Positions 53,906 to 64,000 of a DNA stretch of 64,000 nt are shown here, in pieces. A program made the translations under genes and the position numbers. Positions within the stretch are counted from its first letter, which is position 1. Every line of letters begins with the position of its first letter. The notes below the pieces were generated by a model that had not been told where the DNA came from, made no database searches, and saw only the letters and a list, made by a program, of their open reading frames with translations. Origin of the DNA: Octopus vulgaris (Eukaryota); NCBI GenBank assembly GCA_951406725.2, contig OX597830.1:44392001-44456000 (forward strand), given 5' to 3'.

Positions 53906-54157
53906 ACACACACACACACATGTTGTGCTGTTAGACATTAACACCCCTCTGGGATTTAAAGGTGGACTCATCAAATTCTTATAAAGAGTGTCTCGTTGAA
54001 GAAAAAGAAGTCATTGGAGACTCACGTGTTGGTAGTCGGAAGTTACGTCTCTAAATACATCGCTTACTCCTACTTTGTTAAAATCATATATCCACAAGTA
54101 AGGATACAGTGTACACACACGCACACACACGCACATACACACAAGCACACACATATA

Positions 54158-54709
54158 TAATAATGCCTCGATATTCAAGTTAATTTGTTCCTGGAGACCG
54201 CTCGTAAAATGAAAACTTGTAAAGCAGAGCAATAATTTCCCATAGTAGCAATGTTACAAAACATAATTCATTCCCAGAAAAATACTTTACCCATAAAATT
54301 TACAATACTCGTAACTAAATGGCACTAAAGCTACTGTAGAATGTAAAGGATTTTTTATGTAAAAAGAAAAGTCAAGATCATTTATAATGAAAAATATATT
54401 ATAATCGTATTCTGAATTACTTTCACTCACATTAGATTTACACACACCATCACTTGTAGACGCGATCGCCGATTCACAAGCACTCATAGACAGACTTGTA
54501 GAGTTCCTTTTAAAAACAAGTCCAGAGTTGTTTATTTAAAAGAAGCTTTTATTCGCTCTCAAAAAATTTCTTGGTAACACACAGAAGTGTTTGTTATGGT
54601 AGTAGAAACTTCTGCACTTCATTCAAAATTTGGATCTTGTACTTGAAAAATTCAGCTCGTAAACCTGGAGTCTCATAAAGCGTGTCTTCGTAAAGTGAGA
54701 TATTACTGT
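54158..54709. mobile_element. Possible Tigger/pogo-like non-autonomous element
   Basis: Ends TAATGCCTCGATAT.. and ..CGTAAAGTGAGATATTACTG|TA are roughly inverted. Confidence 0.4.
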
Positions 54710-54835
54710 ATACAATTCAACTCCAGTGTTTATCTTGGCAGGTTGTTTTATGTCCTTCGTAATGCCAACCATGTTACTGCACATACTGGGTGCATTTCTG
54801 TACCACTAGCACTAGTTATGATACAGTGCATATTT

Positions 54836-55062
54836 CTTTACTACCCACAAGGGGCTAAACCCAGAGAGGACAAACAAGGACAGACAAACGGATTAAGTCG
54901 ATTACATCGACCCCAGTGCATAACTGAAACTTATTTAATTGACCCCGAAAGGATGAAAGGCAAAGTCGACCTCGGCGGAATTTGAACTCAGAACGTAGCG
55001 GCAGACGAAATACCGCTAAGCATTTTGCCCAGCATACTAATGTCTCTGCCAGCTCGCCGCCT
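54836..55062 (-). mobile_element. SINE family B
   Basis: Family match. Confidence 0.85.
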
Positions 55063-55599
55063 TCATATCTATGATACAATGCAACTTGCAAGACAATGAA
55101 CCCAAGAGAGTGTGGTTTACATTCGGATATGAGGGGTTAAATGCTGAGAGAAAGGGCCACAGCAGAAAATACTAGATGAGCTACATGTTTACTTATTTTA
55201 TAAGAGAAGGTGGGGAGGTGGAATGAGATGAAAATGGTAGTGATGAGGTGTTTAGGTGGACCCTCAAGGTGACTAAAAGAGAAGAACAAGGACTGTGGGT
55301 GGGAGAGGATTTCAAGGGTGCAATGGAGAATTACAGTCGAGGAATCATCAAGAGGAAGTAGGTGACAATTGTGAAGACTGGGCACAGCTGAAGGGTAGAT
55401 GTAGCAAATGGGGGATAAGGGTGGGGGATGGATGCCAAATGTTGTATGCATCACGGAAAGTAGGGAAAGGAAAGACTGGACAATGTGTAAGGATGTGGGT
55501 GTGTGTGTGTGCTTTGTATGTGTGTATGTGTGTGTGTAGTTGTGTATAGGTTTGCATGCAGAAAAATAAACAAATAGATGTATTGATATTTTTATTAAA

Positions 55600-55846
55600 A
55601 TTTTTATTCCATTGAAGTTAATTAGAATAATAAACATAAAGTTAGATTTCTGAATATTATTTGATATTTTAGAAGTATAAAAGTAACAAGTTTTTTGAAA
55701 ATTGTTAATATTTTGGGGCAATAAAAATGAAAAGTTTTCTGAATATTGCTAATAGAATAAAAGTAAATTAAGAATTCTGAATGTTGTTAATATTTCAGAA
55801 GAATAAAAGTAAATTAAGAATTCTGAATATTGTTAACATTTTAGAA
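55600..55846. repeat. Degenerate ~45-bp tandem repeat
   Basis: Recurring AATAAAAGTAAATTAAGAATTCTGAATATTGTTAA units. Confidence 0.65.
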
Positions 55847-56621
55847 CCTGTAACAAACATAGAGTGAAATATCTGTTATCTGTTATATATTGTGATGTTC
55901 CTGTCATTTCCCTTTGCAGCAGTTCATCCACTGGTCGATTTAAATTCAGTAATTCCTATTCTCCAACACTAATTTGGAAGTATCATATCTCTATTTCATA
56001 CTTCAAGTTCTTACATTTACTTGACTGTTAGTAAAATACATTTAATACATTACATTAAAACATTGGTTGGGTTGGCACAATTTTAGAATTTATTCTTATT
56101 TTGTCAGATTATTTCTGTCCCAAAACCATTAACAACAACAACAACATCCATTCCTGAGGTTAGTGTTGCCGTTGCCTATGGTTTATTATGATTTAGTAAG
56201 TAATTGAGACTTTAAGAGTAGTAAATGTTAATTATATAGTTATATGGTTGCATACAGTAGATAGAGGGAATTCTCAATAATTTGGTTAGACTCTGTTCCT
56301 AATATGAAAGTGTTATCTTTATATTTTGTACTTCAGATTCTTGCATTTACCAGATTCTAAGCAAATTTATGTTAATATATTATGTTAAAATTCTGGATTA
56401 TTTACAAGACCAAAATATTTGGTTTATACCTTAAAGTTTTTATTTTAGAATTCATTTGTATGTCACAATGGTTTGTTATTATTATCAACTAGCTGACACT
56501 TTAAGTGTAATAAATGTTAATTATATGGTTATATGGTTGTATGTAGTCGAGGGAATTATCAAAAATTTAGGAAGAAAATGTTTCATCAGATTCAGGTAAG
56601 TCTTCTCCAGGAACAATCTCC

Positions 56622-56684
56622 TTATGGCTTTGTTTTCATGAGATTCTCTTTTATCCATGCTAGAGATGTATCAATGTTTTTCAT
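56622..56684 (-). CDS. TRPM-like channel, terminal coding exon (MKNIDTSLAWIKENLMKTKP*)
   Basis: Acceptor TTCTTTATTTTCAG|, phase 0 matching the previous exon, stop TAA. AATAAA on - near 56440 and 56090. Confidence 0.65.
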   Translation of the reverse strand: MKNIDTSLAWIKENLMKTKP

Positions 56685-57009
56685 CTGAAAATAAAGAACA
56701 ATTGTTTGTTATTTTGTATTTAATATATACAAGCTGTCATATTTGTCTTTTCTTTTTTTTTTTTATTTACCTTCAGTTACAAATAAATTTTCATCAAAAG
56801 TATGAAATCCTGAAATATTTTTGACTTGCTGCTGGGCATTGTACTTCCTTTCAGTTTGTGATTGGCAGTTGTGGTGATGGTGGAGGGGGGGGAGATGTCC
56901 CAAATTTGAAGTAAATATCAAAAACCAGTAAAACTTATTTATTAATGTATTTGGTACAAGATAAAACAACAATCTGCCTCAAATGGTAGAGTATGAGATT
57001 AAATAATAT

Positions 57010-57180
57010 GAATGGCTCCGTGGTAAGAAGCTTGCTTCCCAACCACATCGTTCTGGGTTCAGTCCCACTGTGTGGCACCTTGGGCAAGTATTTTCTACTA
57101 TAGCCTTGGATTGATCAAAATCTTGCAAGTAGATTTGGTCGACAGAAGCTGAAAGAAACCCATTGTGTGTGTATATATAT
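57010..57180 (+). mobile_element. SINE family A, 5' part (3' part at ~58340-58597)
   Basis: Head ends in the internal microsatellite and resumes after the RTE insertion. Confidence 0.7.
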
Positions 57181-57189
57181 ATACTTTCT

Positions 57190-58320
57190 GAGAAGGTAAC
57201 AGTGATGGAGTAGGTGGTGTGGGAATATTTCTTGCAGAGAAATGGGTGGATAAGGTCATAGAGGTAGTCTGAGTGTGCGATAGAATACTTAAGCTCAGGC
57301 AAGTCTTACAGAATAGCATAGCTACAATTATCTCTGCCTATGCCCCACAAGCAGCCCTGCCAAATGAACAGAAGGACCACTTTTACTACATTCTTCTGCA
57401 GGCTACTTTAAATATGAGGGACTATGGTTTTGTCTTCGTGGTTGGGGATTTCAATGGGCATGTCAAATGGCACCCTATTATCTTCTATGCTGTATACGGG
57501 GGCTGTGCAACTGATGTCCAAAATGAAGAGGGAACAAGGCTATTAGAGTTCTGTGATGCAAATGACTTACTGATCTGCAACACCAACTTCAGGAAGCCAG
57601 CCAACCACCTGATCACCTATCAATCAGATGATTTTACTAGCCAGATCGATTTCATTCTCACCAGACAGTATGATGCATGGTTGCTCTTGAATACAAAAAC
57701 CCTCAGAGATCAGCACTATGTGCTGATCTCTAACTATGGAGGGAACCTGTGGTAGAAGTAGATCCAGGAAGACATGGGACGAGGTGGCAAAACATGAATT
57801 TCGAACTTTGAGCCTCACAGAGGCAATGACCACTGGCTGAGACCTTTGGCGATTATGCTGTGCTTGACAAGACCCATCAAGCCAAGTGAGTTCAAAGTCA
57901 TGACTGATGCTAGAGTCATGTAACAGGCACTTGTGCTGGTGGCATGTAAAGAGCACCTTTCAAGTGTTGGACCTCATGGAGAGGAGTTCCTTTCGGGTGT
58001 TGAGCTTCACAGAGGCAAAGTGGCTGTGTTACTTTCAAGTATTTGGCCTCACAGAGGCAATGACTAAGACCTTTGGCATTATGTCATGTATGAGAAGAAG
58101 ATCCATCAACCCAAGCAAAATCACAGTCATGGTAAATACCATTGTCATGCAAATGGCACCCATGCTGGTGGCACATAAAAGCTCCCATTACACTCTTGGT
58201 GTAGTTGGTGTTAGGAAGGGCATCCTGCTGTAGAAATCATGCCAAATCAGCCTTGTAGAATGCCAGCCCAGTCAAACCATCCGACCCATGGACAACAGAC
58301 GTTAAATGATGATGATGGTG
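57190..58320 (+). mobile_element. Internally deleted RTE LINE (APE endonuclease fused to 3' end)
   Basis: GVGGVGIFLAEKW, IISAYAPQ, GDFNGHV, LLEFCDANDL, QIDFIL, then a jump at ~57720 to the 3' end and (GAT)n tail. Confidence 0.85.
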
Positions 58321-58704
58321 ATATATATATATGAATATACATACATATGTGTGTGTGTGTGTGTGTGTGTACTTCTTTGTGCCTGTGTATGTCTTCCACC
58401 ACCACTAGAGAACCAGTGTTGGTGTGTTCATGTCCCCACAACTTAGTGGTTCACAAAATAGACCAATAGAATAAGAACCAAGCTTAAAAAAAGAAAGTTC
58501 TGGAGTCGATTAGCTCAACTGAGGTTTTTCAAGATGGTGCCTCAAAATGGTTTCAGTCTAAGGACTAAAACAAGTAATAGATAAAAGACAAAAGATAAAT
58601 ATATAACTTTAAACAGGAAATATTTACTAAAGAATGGCAATAAAATTTTACAGAAGTTTTTATGCTAAAACTGGAAAATAAATTAAAAGTAATAAATTAC
58701 AAAC

Positions 58705-58864
58705 CTTTTCATCAACATTGTGTTGTAACTCTTCTTCCTTCAACGTTAACTGGTCAATTCGTGAACATAATTTTCTAAACTTTTCTTCAATATCCTGTGA
58801 ATTTTCATACTGAGAATTGTTTAGTTGATGTAATTTTTCTACCTTCAATGTTAATTGGTTAATT
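58705..58864 (-). CDS. TRPM-like channel, penultimate exon (coiled coil)
   Basis: TTTTCTTTACAG| ... AAG|GTTTGT, 160 nt, phases 2 and 0. Encodes INQLTLKVEKLHQLNNSQYENSQDIEEKFRKLCSRIDQLTLKEEELQHNVDEK. Confidence 0.75.
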
Positions 58865-59402
58865 CTGTAAAGAAAACATATTACATTAAAAGGATTTTAT
58901 TAAAAGCTGTGGGTGAAATTTTTAATGAAAACCTTTAAATGAATCAGAAACTTAAAACAAAATAGTTTGGAACATTGATAACTTGTTTTTCTTTTTTTTT
59001 GTTATTTACTCCCAGGTCAGTCCTGATTGAGGATTCAAATGATCATAAATGTTCCATTCATGAATAATCCATCTTCCATGTACCTAGTTGCAGTTACTTG
59101 GTGACTTTATGAATGCTAGAGGCATGAAAGAAGCATCTGGTACACACTGTAAAGTGGTTGGCATTAGGAAAGGCATAAAGGAATGGAAACCATGCCAAAG
59201 CTGACAGTGGAGCTTGGTACAGCCCTACAGCTCATGGGATCCTGTCAAACTGTTCAACCCAAGCCTGTAAAGAAAACATGTTAAATGCTGCTACTGATGA
59301 TGATGATGATGATGTTCAACATTGTCCAAAAGTGTTTGTCCATTTTTACTTGTAGAGTGGTTCACAATAAATCAGTTTTGTGCTCAATATATTTAATGAT
59401 GG

Positions 59403-59636
59403 AGGGTGGTGAGCTGGCAGAATCGTTAGCACACCAGGCGAAATGCTTAAAGGTATTTTGTCTGCCATTAAGTTCTGAGTTCAAATTCCACCAAAGTCAA
59501 CTTTGCCTTTCTTCCTTTCAGGGTCAGTTAAATAAGTACCAGTTATGCACTGGGATCGATGTAATCGACTTAATCCCTTTGTCTGTCCTTGTTTACCCCC
59601 TCTATGTTTAGCCCCCTGTGGGCAATAAAGAAATAA
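59403..59636 (+). mobile_element. SINE family B
   Basis: Family match. Confidence 0.8.
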
Positions 59637-60574
59637 ACATACTTAATGATGGAGTATTCCTATCATTAGTTCCACCCATGCCAGTATGGAAGGTGGACAT
59701 TAAACAGTGATGATGATGATGATGACGCATAACATATCAGTTACTGTTTTCAACTGATGATTTCACTCAAGAAAATTTTTTATGTCACAAAATTAAAAAC
59801 CAATATGAAGCTATAAGCAAAACTCAAATCCTTCCTGTTAAATTAATTGACATTTTCCTTTTATTGTTTGTCAGTATAAATAATTATACTGAGATCAGAC
59901 AAAATATTCACAATTGAAGAATATTATTGTCAATTTCTAACCACTGAAAAAGTTATTTGAGGAAAAGGACAAAGTTGCAAGTTAATAGGATATAGTACAA
60001 ATAGAACTAATGGTTAAGTGTTTGTAGTTTGTCACTGGTGTTGCATGAGTTCAAGGTTAAAACACTTAACTGATCAATCCTCCTAACAATAAATAGGAGA
60101 ATGCAATAAAGGAAATTCAAACTTGTAGAGTTGGCTTGATATCTTTCTTTGGAATTCAGACATAACATTTTTTCATACAGTTCTATGGGTAACAAAGTAA
60201 AGTAGACCCAATAAGAATAAATGAAGCCTTGAAAATAAACAGATAAGTTTTAATGCCTTTATTGAGACAAAGATGTCAGTTATTATCTCATGAGCTGTTA
60301 TAAAGTTGAATCAAGTTTCATGTTTGTAAGGTAGCAAACAAGGATACTTGAAACTCTCTCAGGTCATTGCCATTTTGTTCTATTCTCAACTTGAAGTTTT
60401 AATTCCGTTAGAATCAACTTTGTCATTAACCAGTCAGAGCAAATGAAATGTATACTATGCTCTCAAGTGTGGTCAACTACATCCTACCCTTATTATTTTT
60501 TCCTTGTGAAAATTGTTTTGCTAGTGTCAGAACATCAGCTTAATGCATATAAATTTGAAAATGAAATCACTTAC

Positions 60575-60677
60575 AAATCGTTGTCATTACTCTCAGGTTT
60601 ATGCCGCCTTGAGAGGTAAGACTGAACCATCTTATGCTCCCACTCAAGTAATTTGCTTGCATCACCATATCTACGTG
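60575..60677 (-). CDS. TRPM-like channel, internal exon (rib-helix-like)
   Basis: CTTTCTTCCACAG| ... |GTAAGT, 103 nt, phases 1 and 2. RRYGDASKLLEWEHKMVQSYLSRRHKPESNDND resembles the LL-x-WE-x5-[YF]L segment of TRPM2/TRPM4. Confidence 0.7.
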
Positions 60678-61532
60678 CTGTGGAAGAAAGTTATAGCAGC
60701 AATTAATTATTGAAATAAAAAGTTATTCTAGATAAGTTGTAGTGGTTACAGAGTGTCAAGATAAACACACAAGGTTGTAATGTTTAAGGAGCGTAGTTGC
60801 AACTCATAATGTTCTACAAGAGATTATGGAGTGTAGCAGTGAAGGAAAGATAAAACTGCAGTGGCTGTAGAGTACACTGGTAATGGTTATATAAAGCTCT
60901 AGTGATGATAAAGTATAATGATAACATGGAAATGAAATTGTAGTAGCTTTGAAAGGTAGTGGCAATATGGAAATACTGCAGACGTAGTTATAAGGTCTAT
61001 GAGATAATGTTGGAGATGCTACAGAGTTAAATAGTAAATGCTGTTTGGTTAGATAATGTTGATGTAACAATCATTGTAGTAATGAAGTACAATGGAGTAC
61101 ACTTATAAAAAGTTAGTGGTTATAGACTGCAGTGTACATCTAGAGAAAACGTTGCATTGGATTACATTATGTAAGTGCTGTTATGTGCATAATGTCGAGG
61201 CTGTAGAGTTTAATAGTAACAGAAAGTTGTAGCAGCAATGGAGTGTAATCGTAACCTGTAGACAATGCAGTGGCCATATAATGTAGAGGTAATGCAAATA
61301 TATACATACAATTGCTGTGGAGTTAAAACATAGATAAGGTTGTGGTAACTAGGACATAGTTTTAAAAAGAGATTATGTCGTACTGGTTATTGAATGCAGT
61401 GCTAAGATAAATTTGCATTTGCTATGAAGTGTAGTAATAATCCATTAAATACAAGAAAAGGCTGGATTGATCTTGAAGACATGAAACCAGAAAAATGTTG
61501 TAGTGTGTTTATGAAGTATAGCAATGACATGG

Positions 61533-61727
61533 ATTCTGTTGTGTCTGGGGAGAGTCATTTTCTTTTTGTGCCTTATAATGTAATACACTCAATGGTAAAA
61601 TTTCCACTTATTTCTTATTTCTATTTTCCTAAAACTTTTGTTGCATCTTGCAACCTTTTCAATAGTCTTGACTCTGTTTGTTATTTACACTGCGTTCCCT
61701 TTTGTTTGTTTGTGCGCATGTGTGTGG

Positions 61728-61767
<40 letters not shown>

Positions 61768-62226
61768 CTATGCATGCATGCATGTACGAATGTATGTGTG
61801 TATGTATGTATGCATGTGTATGTATGTATATATGTGTGTGTGCATCCGTATGTATCCTGTATATTCATGTGCTTGCATGTCCATGTTTGTGTATTTTCTA
61901 TGTATGTGTGTGTGTGTGAGCATGTGTTTGTATATGTATGCACCTCTGTCTCCTTGTGTGTGCATGTGTGTGTGTGTGTGTGTGTTATGCAACTATGTAC
62001 CATGTTTGTATGTATGGATGGATGTGCATCTCTATAAGTGTGGATCCGTGTCTCCATATGTGTCCTTGTGTGGAGTAAAGTGTGTGTGTATATATGGTCC
62101 TGTGTGTCAGTCTCATTTGCGTGTGTGCTTGTCTGTTCTTATAACCTATGTACCTATCCGTCTGTATGTTGATCTGTTTATTTTCATATCCATATGCTTA
62201 CATACAAAAAAAAATTAATACGTGTG

Positions 62227-62273
<47 letters not shown>

Positions 62274-62531
62274 CTATCTACATAAATCTACATAACAGTC
62301 CACTAACTAGTCTACTCTACCTGTGTAAACTGTGGGTATGGAGGTATTATATCTACTATGTATATTTCCTATTTAGTATTGGGGAGGTTTCATTTATAAA
62401 TGAAACACAGACATGCAAGCACATGAATATACAGGATACATACATACAGATGCACACACACACACATATATACATACATACACAAGCATACATACATACA
62501 CACATACATATGTACATGCATGCATGCATAG

Positions 62532-62567
<36 letters not shown>

Positions 62568-62765
62568 ACCTACACACATGCACACAAACAAACAAAAAGG
62601 AATGCAGTGTAAATAATGGACAGAGTCAAGACTATTGAAAAGGTTGCAAGACGCAACGAAAATTTTAGGAAAATAAAAATAAGAAATGAGTGGAAATTGT
62701 ACTGGTGAGTGTGTTACATTATATGGCACAAAAAGAAAATGACTCTCCACAGACACAACAGAATA
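61533..62765. repeat. ~350-bp inverted duplication with ~510-bp spacer
   Basis: 61533-61890 is the diverged reverse complement of ~62400-62765, including non-microsatellite sequence. Confidence 0.85.
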
Positions 62766-62899
62766 TGCTTCAACACACAAACTCATATAAAGAATCTTGC
62801 AAACCAAATCCAAAAACGAAAAATAACATGGCTATTTTAGTGGAATTGGTGTATCATTGTAATGCTCTATTATCAGATCTGACGAGTCTAAATATGCTG

Positions 62900-63880
62900 A
62901 AAGTAATGGACTCTTCCAATGAGAATGATTCCCTAATCATGTGAGAAAAAGTTAAAGTTGCAATAAGATGAGTGGAAGATGAAAAGTCAGTAGGTGCTGG
63001 CAATATCCCTGCTGAACTGTTGAAACATGAAGGAGAGGTCACAATACCCATCTGTAATAAGATCTGACAGACAGGGGATTGACTGATACCCTCATCTCAA
63101 TTTCTGATCATACTCTTTCCTAAGCAAAGCAATCTCCAACCATGTCAGAATAATCACAGCATGTGTAAGCTCAGTCAAACAAACAAGTTTATGTTCAGAA
63201 CAACCTTGAACAGACTCATGCTTGAGACAGGAAACATCGTAGCTGTAGAATAAGTAAACTTCCATAAATCTAGAAAAACTACTGAGCAGATGTTTGACAT
63301 GTTCATTCTCTGCAAGAAACACTTTGTGGTATTAAAGAAACTTAGGCCAAATTTTCTAAAATGTTAAGAAAAAAAATTATAGTTTGGCATGATGCTCTTT
63401 GAATTTCACATGAGGCAGAAGTTTGTTCATTCTGTACAACACCATAGGAATCCATTAACTTTGTCTTCTCTCATCCCATCTTTTTAACATGTTGGAGCAT
63501 GTTATGACCAATACCTGTATGAACAAAACCATATGAACACAGTCAACATTTGAGGGAGGAGCATGAAAAACCTATTTGCTGACAAAACTGAAGATCTGGT
63601 AAGAAGGAAGGTGAAGTAGTTGACTTAAAGAAGAAAGAAAAGAAAGCTGGAATATTAAGGTCATGCACTGAGACCCAGTAGCTTTGTAAAGATCACTGAA
63701 TCTTGTTCTTCAAGGACCAATGGGGGGAGGGAGATATAGAAGGAATGAATGATGGACACACAACATGAAGAAATGGACCTTAGCTCTGGTACAAAACCAC
63801 ATCAGATAGAAATGTTTGGTGGACAGTAAGTCCTAAAGTACCTCTACGCCACCATTAGAAGTTGAGGTCTCAAGCAATCA
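62900..63880 (+). mobile_element. Highly decayed RTE (BovB-like) LINE
   Basis: EKVKVAIR..DEKSVGAGNIPAELLKHEGE, PKQSNLQPCQNNHS, a FAD relic, many stops. Confidence 0.6.
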
Positions 63881-64000
63881 ACAGATTGGTAGTACATATA
63901 TCATAATGTAGTTGCTAGAGGGTTTAGTTCTAACAAACAGGTAACAATGTAGTGGCTGTGGAATGAAGTTGCATTTATAAGAGTTTATGAAGCATAATGG

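Noticed and set aside
54287-54487. 66-aa minus ORF as an additional exon
   Set aside because: In-frame stop upstream, no recognisable homology, and it lies inside a probable DNA transposon relic.
55600-55846. CRISPR-like array
   Set aside because: Degenerate tandem repeat without unique spacers, no cas genes, eukaryotic context.
60720-61440. Recurring TGTAGT/GTAAT words
   Set aside because: Decayed low-complexity satellite with no stable period or frame.
61424-62218. 264-aa ORF
   Set aside because: Mostly degenerate TG/TATG microsatellite plus one arm of an inverted repeat.

Overview
AT-rich eukaryotic DNA saturated with microsatellites, SINEs and decayed LINEs/DNA transposons. The repeat families look like those of an octopod cephalopod (inferred from recognition, not a search). 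Two host genes are supported. The first is a two-coding-exon, strongly divergent actin on + (38687-38809 joined to 46197-47213, 379 aa). The second is the last three coding exons of a probable TRPM-family channel on - (60677-60575, 58864-58705, 56684-56622). Almost all other ORFs in the track are microsatellite or transposon artefacts. The strongest unexplained signal is a ~760-bp RTE reverse-transcriptase fragment (17611-18371) with dozens of one-directional T>C changes (A>G on -), plus a second small patch near 15600. This resembles ADAR-type A-to-I hyperediting fixed in DNA, although a long-read or polishing artefact must be excluded. The window also holds at least nine minimal hammerhead-ribozyme-like motifs of Penelope-like type with covarying stems, several inside long palindromes and one with a G3-C8 core swap. 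Repeat boundaries are approximate and read by eye.
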